From NCBI GenBank assembly GCA_963733195.1, contig CAVTCR010000073.1, positions 64,001-128,000 of the forward strand: DNA of 64,000 nucleotides. Direction: 5' to 3'. The notes beneath the pieces are model-generated. The model saw only the letters and a list, made by a program, of their open reading frames with translations. It made no database searches and was not told where the DNA came from. A program made the position numbers and the translations under genes. Position 1 is the first letter of the stretch. Each line of letters opens with the position of its first letter. Source of the DNA: an uncultured delta proteobacterium. Lineage in GTDB: Bacteria > Desulfobacterota > Binatia > Bin18. Shown in pieces: positions 1 to 8,854 of this stretch.

Positions 1-3000
1 TGAACCCCCAGAGTACAGCAACTACGTTGACCTGATGCGTGAGTCCAAGCAGTGGGAGTATGCTGCTTAGGAAGGCAGTACCAAGCAGAGGAAGTGCGAA
101 CCCACGGATCGTACTAGCTTCTGCTAGCCGCTGGACGAGTGGAAACAGACCGACCATAAAGACAAGGAACGTCAGTGACACACAGAGGTCTGCACGGAAT
201 GGGGCACTAGCGAAGAACATCACTGCGCCACACAACGCCCAGAAATAGACTATCGCCGCGGCCCAGCTAATTGGCCGTACATACAATTGTCGTTCAGGTC
301 GTTGACGAAGATGGTAAGCAAGCAGAGCAAGACCAGTGGCTACGAGCGATACAGTTAACCATTGATCTGCGGCGGCTGCTCCGCCAGGCCATAAGGTGAA
401 CCTCGTCTTTGGGTGAACAAGTAACGCCTCTCCCCACAAAGTCGCAAGCACAGCGGCAAGTACCCCGGCGATCTGCAATGACGTGTGCCGCAGCGTAGAA
501 CTTGCGGCAAAGAGCACTGTACCGGCAAAGAAGAGTGTCACTGTTGCGAGGATGTCGACGCTCTGTGGTGCATCAACCCATGCCAAGGCGAGTGCCTGAT
601 TTATTGCGAACACTGCGAGCAGAAGCGCGGCATGACACAGCGGATCATGATAGAGCCAGCTTACATGTGGGATTGGTCCTGCGCTGAGGCGATCTTTTTG
701 CACAGAGAGTTCCCACGCGAGCGTCCACCAGGTTAGCCCGATAACGCTTGCAAGAAGTCCTACGCCTTGATCACGGAACAGCGTGTAAATGCTCACATGG
801 AGTGGGAGGACGATCCAACTGTAGCTTATGAGGGCAGTCAGAATAGCGACTCCTAATACCAGATAACTATGCACTTGACGCTGATACCGCCACCCGGCGA
901 TGCTCAGAAATATCGCAACGCTAACTGGCGTACAGAAAAGTCCCACACTCGGAGTGAATATACCAACAAGTACTAAGGGAACCGCCACACACAACAGACT
1001 GCTGACTACGGTAGCCCAGTGTACGAACGTTTCAATCGTGCTTCGTTTGCCACCCAGATGGAAGAGGACAGCGAGGTGTGGAGTCCGGGAGTGTTTGAGC
1101 ACGACAATGCTCAGACTCCACATTAGGAATGAATAGAGCGCGCCAGCAAAGCCCAGAGTAGGGACACCAAAGGCACTAAGTCGAAACACTGAGAGCCAAG
1201 CACCAAGCCCTAACACGATTGCCATCGGGAATAACAATGGCAGTCGAAAGTAGCCGGCTCCTATCGCTGCTCCTAACGCCCCGAGGCCAGCCGAACACAT
1301 CCATCCCCAACCTACCGTGCCTTCGAGTAGCCGCATGGTGAGATGCCACAAGCCAATGACCCACAATACGACCATGGTCTGTTGCAACGGAGCACGAAGC
1401 ATCGTGGTATACGTAGCATTGCTAGAGACAGGGTATTGCCCCAGCAAAGTGAGCGGCACTCGCTCTTGTGCACGAATAGTGAGATATTCTTGATGTAAGG
1501 CAAGACTCTCCTCTGATTCGTGTTCCAGCCACCATAAAACGATCCACGCGCTCAGCGCTATGAGCATCTCGATCGTGCCAGCGCTAGGCTGAGGGAAATA
1601 GGTCAGCTTCAGGACGAGACCAGCGGTCCCCCATAAAGCCAGCACGCCATAAAAGAGGCCACGAATCCGTAGAGTCAGGCTCATGCCCAACAGGACGCTT
1701 CCTATTGCTGCCAACAGTAAGGGGAGAAGCCGATGGTAGGTAATATCAGGCAACGCTAGTGTTGCCGTCAGTGCCAGGGAGAAACCAAGGTTTACGAGTG
1801 TGCTGTTGAGCAGGACTTCAGCCTGACGAGCGTTGGTTGACGAGGCTCTATAGTGGAGTCGTGACCCTAGCGCAAGCCAGAGCCCAGCAAGAACAATAAT
1901 GCCGATAGCAGTCTGACCGACCCAGGTGGTGAGTGGCCACTGTGGCGCGTAGGCAACAGCGATACTTCCGAGCAGCATGACAGCATACAGCCATGAGCTT
2001 TGGCACAAGTCGGTGCATACCGCGTCGGCTGTTTGTTCACTCGCTGTTATTGGAGCAGAACGTAAACCATAGAAGACCAATCCCATTGTCGCCAAAGTAG
2101 TGGTCATCGCGCCTAGGCTCGGGTAGGCGTGTAACAAACTCCAAGCACAGACTGCGAATGTGGTTCCTAACCACACCCAATAACATGTCGAGGCTAATGT
2201 AGTCGCCCGATGTCGTTGGAGCCAGCGACTGGCAGCCAGGAGACCGACGAGACCTGGAAGACTCGCAAGAAAATGCCACTGTGGCAGCAAATGTTGAAGA
2301 ACCAACGTCTGATACAGCCAGCCGACACAGATGAGCAAAAGTGCCAGCGGAATGACAGTCACATACTGCCAAACGACAACGCTGTATACTGCGATGGCTA
2401 AGCATAACGTGAGTAGTCGCGCACCCGATGCCTCAACACTAAGAAGTAAGGCCAGTACCGAGAGTCCATAAAGAAAAAAGCTTACGCGCGAGAGAAAGGC
2501 GTACTGCTTCGTCCAACGCTTCAAATGCGCGTCGACATAGAAGAGGAGCCCGCACACCGCCATGAGGAAGGGACCATAATAACCAGCAGGTAAGGTCACC
2601 GGATTGGCGTGGCCCCAGGTAAGATGTACGAAAGAAACGGCGGCCGCGTAGACAAACGTCCCCACGGCGTAAAAGGCGACCTTACGGCGTTCGGCGAGAA
2701 TCGACTGAAGCCATTCGTGGGTAAATTGTCGTAGGCCATAGGCAAGAACTCCAAGTAAAGCACAGTGAGTGATAGCTAAAAAAATCCAGGATGGGTATCT
2801 GGCGAGTAGCGGGACCGTAATTTGCGCCGTTGCAAGGGCGAGGAAGAGCTGAGGATGTCGACCTTGGAGGGATCGGTCCATGACGCCGGAGACCAACATA
2901 GCGACATAGTAAAAGCCCAGCACCTCCACTGCGGTAAGAAATAGACCAATGGCTATCCAAGGAGTGGCTTGAGCGGTGGTGATCAGTCGAACTGCAGAGG

Positions 3001-4075
3001 CGATATTCAAGGGAATGAGGAGGAGACCAAGGGCAAGCAAAACGTGTCCTGAAGTGAGCTCGGGCCGGATGCGACATAAGCGATATCCTAGCCATAGAAG
3101 GAATCCGCTATAGGCGAGGAGAACCCCGGAAACAGCCAGTGCATTCGTCTGTCCACTGGTTGAAGAGATCAAGAACGTTGAGCCAGCAACGAAGCATAAT
3201 CCGCAAATAAACCACAGAATATTCTGGGCCAGGAACGGAACAAGCAGTGCTGGCCAGCGAGAGACGGTCTGGAGCGTACGCTCTAAGGCACTTGGGGCGG
3301 CTGGCACCCAAGCTTCATCAGGAGAAACAGAGCGGGAGACAGAGTTGGAGATAGAGATGGAAGAGGGTAAGTCTTCCTGCGACGGAGGTGAAACACTTGC
3401 TGTTAGTACTGGGGAGACCACCGGAGCTTGTTTGAGTAATACGGCTGACTCGCTTGGCAGTGGAGATAGAGTGGCTGTTGGTGGAACCTGAGTGGGTGAA
3501 GTCACCGCTTCGAGAGCAACGGATTGCTGAATTTCTTCTGTAAGGTGACTATAAGCTCGTGGCTGCAACGGAAGCGCGAGTTGCTGCGGTATTTCGCCAG
3601 AACGCCTCGTAGTGAGCTCCATCTCTCGCCAGGGGGATGGCCCAGGAGCAACGATCTGCTGGGAGACCAGGAGCTTCCAAGCTGCCTCGCGCCCCTCGCG
3701 CCAGCGTTGACTGTCAGGTGTGATATGGAGGTCAACGAGGGAATTGTCACAAAGTGAATTGATTTCTTTGATTATTCCCTTGAAGAATACAGAATCGATT
3801 TTCCCTGCAGCACATTGACGCGCAAGTTCATTACGCAAAATCAACAAGTCAATCAGCGTGCGGTTTGCGACGTTGATCGAGGACGATTCACGAGACTCAG
3901 GAGGTTGGAGCGAGGACGCCTGAGGTGCTGGTGTCAGGGAAGTTTGGGCTCGGCGGCGGCGATACAGCCAGACTCCTCCACACAACAAGAGAAAGAAGAG
4001 AAACTGGTGGTGAGCAAAAAACCTGAGGAGAGGGGAGAGAACCCACCAGGCGATGAGGGTAATAAGAAAATCCAT
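1..4075 (-). CDS. Very large polytopic membrane protein (>1350 aa), runs off the left edge of the window
   Basis: Missing from the ORF track because no stop codon falls inside the window. Manual translation from ATG at 4075 gives MDFLITLIAWWVLSPLLRFF..., a Pro/Ser-rich linker, then hydrophobic helices (PFLAQNILWFICGLCFVAGSTFLI). The same frame reads LPLLGLTHQVNVVAVLWGF at the window edge. Confidence 0.85.
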   Translation of the reverse strand, partial: MDFLITLIAWWVLSPLLRFFAHHQFLFFLLLCGGVWLYRRRRAQTSLTPAPQASSLQPPESRESSSINVANRTLIDLLILRNELARQCAAGKIDSVFFKGIIKEINSLCDNSLVDLHITPDSQRWREGREAAWKLLVSQQIVAPGPSPWREMELTTRRSGEIPQQLALPLQPRAYSHLTEEIQQSVALEAVTSPTQVPPTATLSPLPSESAVLLKQAPVVSPVLTASVSPPSQEDLPSSISISNSVSRSVSPDEAWVPAAPSALERTLQTVSRWPALLVPFLAQNILWFICGLCFVAGSTFLISSTSGQTNALAVSGVLLAYSGFLLWLGYRLCRIRPELTSGHVLLALGLLLIPLNIASAVRLITTAQATPWIAIGLFLTAVEVLGFYYVAMLVSGVMDRSLQGRHPQLFLALATAQITVPLLARYPSWIFLAITHCALLGVLAYGLRQFTHEWLQSILAERRKVAFYAVGTFVYAAAVSFVHLTWGHANPVTLPAGYYGPFLMAVCGLLFYVDAHLKRWTKQYAFLSRVSFFLYGLSVLALLLSVEASGARLLTLCLAIAVYSVVVWQYVTVIPLALLLICVGWLYQTLVLQHLLPQWHFLASLPGLVGLLAASRWLQRHRATTLASTCYWVWLGTTFAVCAWSLLHAYPSLGAMTTTLATMGLVFYGLRSAPITASEQTADAVCTDLCQSSWLYAVMLLGSIAVAYAPQWPLTTWVGQTAIGIIVLAGLWLALGSRLHYRASSTNARQAEVLLNSTLVNLGFSLALTATLALPDITYHRLLPLLLAAIGSVLLGMSLTLRIRGLFYGVLALWGTAGLVLKLTYFPQPSAGTIEMLIALSAWIVLWWLEHESEESLALHQEYLTIRAQERVPLTLLGQYPVSSNATYTTMLRAPLQQTMVVLWVIGLWHLTMRLLEGTVGWGWMCSAGLGALGAAIGAGYFRLPLLFPMAIVLGLGAWLSVFRLSAFGVPTLGFAGALYSFLMWSLSIVVLKHSRTPHLAVLFHLGGKRSTIETFVHWATVVSSLLCVAVPLVLVGIFTPSVGLFCTPVSVAIFLSIAGWRYQRQVHSYLVLGVAILTALISYSWIVLPLHVSIYTLFRDQGVGLLASVIGLTWWTLAWELSVQKDRLSAGPIPHVSWLYHDPLCHAALLLAVFAINQALALAWVDAPQSVDILATVTLFFAGTVLFAASSTLRHTSLQIAGVLAAVLATLWGEALLVHPKTRFTLWPGGAAAADQWLTVSLVATGLALLAYHLRQRPERQLYVRPISWAAAIVYFWALCGAVMFFASAPFRADLCVSLTFLVFMVGLFPLVQRLAEASTIRGFALPLLGTAFLSSILPLLGLTHQVNVVAVLWGF

Positions 4076-4144
4076 GTGTACTCTTTTGTGTAAAATCGGA
4101 AGTTGTCCAGTCGGATATGTCACTCAATGCCGAACACTCACTTT

Positions 4145-4213
4145 TGTCATTCTGAGGCCGAAGGCCGAAGAATCTCTTTTTTAGAGAGATCCTTCGCTCC
4201 ACTCAGGATGACA
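4145..4213. repeat. REP-like palindromic element
   Basis: TGTCATTCTGAG...CTCAGGATGACA terminal inverted repeat with inner GAAGAATCT/AGATCCTTC pairing; intergenic. Confidence 0.75.
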
Positions 4214-4291
4214 TGCCTTGTGAGGTTCAGTCCGAAAGCGCTCTGATGTGGTCCGTCGCCCCCAGTCACACAAAGTTAAGATTACTTCAAC

Positions 4292-4975
4292 TTACGCTGT
4301 CTGATCGCCAACGACTTTCTTCTTCAACGCTGCCAGCTCGTTATCTAATTCCCACTCCACTTCCATAGCTAAGACCTCTTTTTCGACACGAGAAGTGTGG
4401 CTGTTGACTTCATCCATCGCCTCGGCTCGGGCTTCCATTTCCGCCACTCGGTCTTCCATACGTGTAAAATTGGCATGCGCATCGAGCCCAGCTTTGAAAT
4501 GCGACAGCGTGTCACCCATATACTCCCGCGCTTGTGCCGCACGCTGCCGGGCAATCAGCATGCTGCGTTTACGTTTGGCTTCTTCAAGTTTCGCCTCTAG
4601 CGCATGTAACTGTTTTTTCAGATGTTCACTAGTGGCTTTTGCCGATTCCCACGCCGGTTCTAGTGACTGAATGATGCTGTCATACTCTTTCTTTCGCAGC
4701 AGTGCCGCTCGCGCGAGATCTTCTCTGTTAGCATGGAGTGCATCCTCCGCCTTTTTCATCCATTCAACGGATTGGCGACGATGGAGATCGAGGTCCTTCT
4801 GCAGTTGTTTCTCGCTGGCGATGGCATCGATTACGCCTTCCTTGGCCCGAGCGATGTTCTCTTCCATTTCGCGAATCATCTGTTTGATCATCCGTTCCGG
4901 ATCTTCGACACGATCAATCAAATCATTGATATTGGCGGTGATAATGTCGTTAATACGCTTGAAGAGGTTTGACAT
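4292..4975 (-). CDS. pspA: PspA/IM30 family protein
   Basis: MSNLFKRINDIITANINDLIDRVEDPERMIKQMIREME start, coiled coil, EDLARAAL motif, ELAALKKK end; AGGAGG-like RBS absent on this strand but ORF is intact. Confidence 0.9.
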   Translation of the reverse strand: MSNLFKRINDIITANINDLIDRVEDPERMIKQMIREMEENIARAKEGVIDAIASEKQLQKDLDLHRRQSVEWMKKAEDALHANREDLARAALLRKKEYDSIIQSLEPAWESAKATSEHLKKQLHALEAKLEEAKRKRSMLIARQRAAQAREYMGDTLSHFKAGLDAHANFTRMEDRVAEMEARAEAMDEVNSHTSRVEKEVLAMEVEWELDNELAALKKKVVGDQTA

Positions 4976-5045
4976 AAGGAGGTCCTTTCTGGCTCGTTGA
5001 AGCAGGAGCCTGTGTTGAAAAATATCGGTACTTCGAGCTCAATGA

Positions 5046-8000
5046 TTAGGATTGCAAGGCGGTATCTGAGGTGGCCAATGTCAGTGCGGCTACTCGTGCT
5101 GCGCGAAGATCGATCTTGCCGGTTCCCAGGACAGGCAGCGTGTCAACGGCAAAGATATGTTCGCGCTTAGGAACCCACAACTTTGGGAGGTCTGTTTGAT
5201 TTAGATGGGTCCAAAGGACGTCGGCAGTAAACTTAGGGTGAGCGTAGAGGACAACCAATCGTTCACCTTTCTGTTCGTCCGGGATAGCCGTTACTACGCA
5301 TGACGTATCGCCCAGGATTTGGTGAACGGCTTCTTCAATGCGGAGGTGCGGCACCATCTCTCCACCGATTTTGCTGAAACGGGAAAGGCGGTCGGTGAGA
5401 TAGATGAACCCATCGTCGTCAATCTTGGCAATATCACCGGTGACATACCAACCGTCACGGATCACCTCGCGAGTTTTCTCTGGTTGGCCGAGATAGCCGA
5501 GCATTCGATTTGGGCCTTTGACGAGGAGGAGTCCTTCTTGCCCACAGGGAAGTGGAGCACCTGTTTCACGATCAACTACTTTAGCGACTACACCTGGGAT
5601 CGGATGGCCGACACTTCCTGGCTTGAGTCCGATCTGGCGCTGAGTTCCCTCTTTGATATCAGGCACATTGACAGCAATAGCCGGTGCCATTTCTGTGCAA
5701 CCATACCCTTCGAGGAGGTCGATGCCATACTTCTCGCGAAACTCTTGGGCGAGTGCTGGTCGTAGCTTCTCGGCACCTGCAATCGCGTAGCGTAATGAAG
5801 CGAATTCCTCGGCAGAGCATTTGCGTAGATAGGCAGGCGTAGAAAGTGGGCGTACTGATCAAGACGGTCGCACGATACGTACGGATCATCTCCCCCAGTG
5901 TTTTGGCATCAAGCGGGTTCGGATGATAAACGACCTGCCATCCGGCGACGAGCGGGAGCCACAGGGTGCCGGTGAAGCCGAATGAGTGGAAGAATGGGAG
6001 TGCACCCATGACGCAGTCTTGCGAGGTCGTGGTGAAAATCTGCTGCATTGCCTCGACGTTGGAGAGGATGTTGTGATGCGATAACATCACTCCCTTTGGG
6101 GTACCGGTGCTGCCGCTGGAGAAGATGATCGTAGCGAGGGAGTTTGGATTTTGTTGTGGACGATTCCACAGCCGCTGCAGCAGACGAGTCGGGGTGAGAA
6201 AAGCGACAACCGCAGTCCACACTCGCTGTGCTGAAGAAATATCCTTCAACAAATCTTCGACAAACACCATGCCTTTGTGTTCGTCGATCTTCGCTTTGGC
6301 AAGGAACGTCCGTGACGTCAGAATAGTGTGAAGGTTACTTTGTTCGATAGCGAGGTCCATCGCCTCACGCCCCGTGGTGAAGTTCAGATTAACTGGCACC
6401 TTTCCTGCGAGCAGCGTAGCGATATTGGCGAGTGCACCACCTACCGAGGCCGGGAGAATGAGGCCGATGTTTTCTTCTTGTGGTCGATGGCTTTTCAACC
6501 AACGCGCCAGCAAAAGGCTGCCGATCAGTGTTTTGCCATAGGTCAGTTTCCTACCGGTTGAATCAGCCATACAGAAGGAGAACCAACGACGTTTGGCGGT
6601 GTCAATGAAACGTAGGTGAAGCAGATCACGCTTGGTACGACGATGATCAACTGCTGCGCTGCCCAGATCCGCAATAGTATAACGTACGTGTTCAGCCGTA
6701 GCAGTAGAGGGGAGGGGAGAACCGAAGGAGACCGTGACCGGGTAGGGAAACCGTTTCGGCCATTTCCAGAAGAAGCGGCCATTGTCGAAACTAAAGATAC
6801 TGCCCCATAATCGGTCCAGGTGCACGGGAATGATCGGGACATTGTCGAGTCCTTGCATGATTCTTTCGAACCCACGCTTGAGGGGAAGAAGATTCCCAGT
6901 GCGACTGATCGCGCCTTCAGCGAAAATGCAGACAACATGGCCTTGGCGGAGTTGCTCACGTGCACGTTCGAGCGACTCCAACACGACCTTACGGTTACCG
7001 CTTTCCACCGGAATGGCATTCATGAGTCGCATGAACCAGTGAAGCGCCTTCTGTTCGTAGATTGGTTTGTAGACAAGGAAACGAATGAAGCGTTGAACGC
7101 AACCGCCAACCAGCAGGCCGTCGACGAACGACATGTGATTACATATCAACAAGGCAGGGCCACGAAGCGGAACATTTTCTTGGCCAACAATGCGGATACG
7201 ATAGATCGTGTGGGTCAGCAACCATAAGCTAAAACGTACAAAGAATTCCGGCACAAGCGTAAAAATATAGACTGCGACCAGTGCATTGAAGATCGCTGCG
7301 ACGAGAAGAAGTTGCGGAATCGTCAGTCCTGTTTTGAGAAGGACGACCGCGAGGACCGCCGAGAAGACCATGAACAGAGCGTTGATGATGTTGTTGCCAG
7401 CGATGATGCGCGAACGGTGCATTGCGTCACTGCGAAACTGAATGAGTGCATACAATGGAACAATGAAGAAACCGCCGAAGAGACCAAGGAGAAATAAGTC
7501 GGCTGCGATACGCCAGCCTGTGAAGGTCTGAAGGAACGCAACAGCGCCGATGACGCTCTCAGCCTTGATGGGCGGAGTGGCGAAGAAGAGATCAACCCCG
7601 AATAACGTTAAGCCAATTGCACCAAACGGTACGAGTCCCATTTCTACTTTGTGGCCCGAGAGTCGCTCACACAACAACGACCCGATACCAATACCGAGCG
7701 AGAAGCAGGTCAAAAAAAGAGTCACAATCTGTTCGTTACCACCCAAGACCTCTTTGCTGTAGTTCGGGAACTGGGACAAGAAAAGGGAACCGTAACACCA
7801 GAACCATGAGATACCTAAGATGGAGAGAAATACCGTTCGATCCTGGCGAGTCAGTTGAAGAATGCGCCACGTTTCACTGGCAACATTCCAGTTGATGGTT
7901 AGGGTTGGATCTGGGGCGGGCGAGTGTGGGATCTGACGACTCATGAGCCAGCCGCTGCATGCGACGCCAATCGTCGTCAGCGACACGAGCATGGTGCCCC

Positions 8001-8523
8001 ACGGTTGCACGCTAATGAGAATGCCACCGAGGATTGTGCCCAGTAGAATCGCCACGAAGGTGCCCATTTCTACTAAGCCGTTGCCCCCGACGAGTTCTTC
8101 AGAGCGCAGATGTTGGGGAAGAATGGCGTACTTCACTGGGCCAAAGAGTGTCGATTGCACACCACCGAGGAACAGAGAGACTAGAAGGATAGTGAGACTC
8201 TGCAAATAAAATCCTACCGCGCCAAGGAGCATCAGCACGATCTCTAACGCGACCGTGTATTGGATGAGCTTGGCCTTCTCGTACTTGTCGGCGATTTGTC
8301 CACAGGTGGCAGAGAACAGGAAAAAGGGCAGGATAAATAAGCCTGCGCTGAGGTTGATGAGTGTGTCGGAATCGATCGTGGTCAGAGCCGCGCCCTGAAA
8401 TGCGAACAGGATAACAAGCGCGTTTTTGTATACGTTATCGTTAAATGCCCCGAGGAATTGCGTCCAGAAAAACGGTGCGAACCGTCGTTGTTGCAGTAAG
8501 GAGAATTGGTTTCCGTTACTCAT
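5046..8523 (-). CDS. aas: Lysophospholipid flippase (LplT-like MFS) / acyltransferase / acyl-ACP synthetase fusion; one frameshift near 5836
   Basis: MFS start FWTQFLGAFNDN, PlsC motifs NHMSFVD and FAEGAISR, AMP-binding FSSGSTGTPKG. The frame resumes YLRKCSAEEFASLRYAIAGAEKL...EGYGCTEMAP into ORF 5046..5690 (GWYVTGD, RFSKIGGEMV). Confidence 0.9.
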
Positions 8524-8563
8524 TGTTCCTTTGCCCTCCTAAGAGCGACGAATCACTCCTAGC

Positions 8564-8578
8564 GCAACCCCCATGCCA
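8564..8578 (-). promoter_or_regulatory. Sigma-54 (-24/-12) promoter of the aas-pspA operon
   Basis: Minus strand reads TGGCAT-GGGGG-TTGC, matching TGGCAC-N5-TTGC with exact GG-N10-GC spacing, about 40 bp upstream of the aas ATG. Confidence 0.8.
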
Positions 8579-8665
8579 AGCGTACTCCTGTTCATATTAC
8601 CTTGGCAAATCGGAAGCTTGCGCCAGAATCACACGTAAATGATACTTCTTGTGTGGTTTGCTTTA

Positions 8666-8699
8666 GACATTTTTTGCCTGTCTCTGTACATTAAATGTC
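8666..8699. promoter_or_regulatory. Tandem enhancer (UAS)-like sites for a sigma-54 activator
   Basis: GACA-TTTTT-TGCC (8666-8678) and TACA-TTAAA-TGTC (8687-8699): each one mismatch from GACA-N5-TGTC, 21 bp apart, about 90-120 bp upstream of the -24 element. Confidence 0.55.
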
Positions 8700-8854
8700 A
8701 ATAACGGAAACAGCGATATGGATTTTATGAACGACGATGATAGTCACAGCGCGAATACATTGACAACGTCTGCTCGTCTCTCCATGATCCACAGCGCGCA
8801 GAGTCGTCTTCTCGGATAGATGGTCCGCTGTTTCGCACGCAAGGAGTAAAAAAC

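Noticed and set aside
39-3757. Many short ORFs listed in the track
   Set aside because: They are shadows of the single long minus-strand membrane-protein frame.
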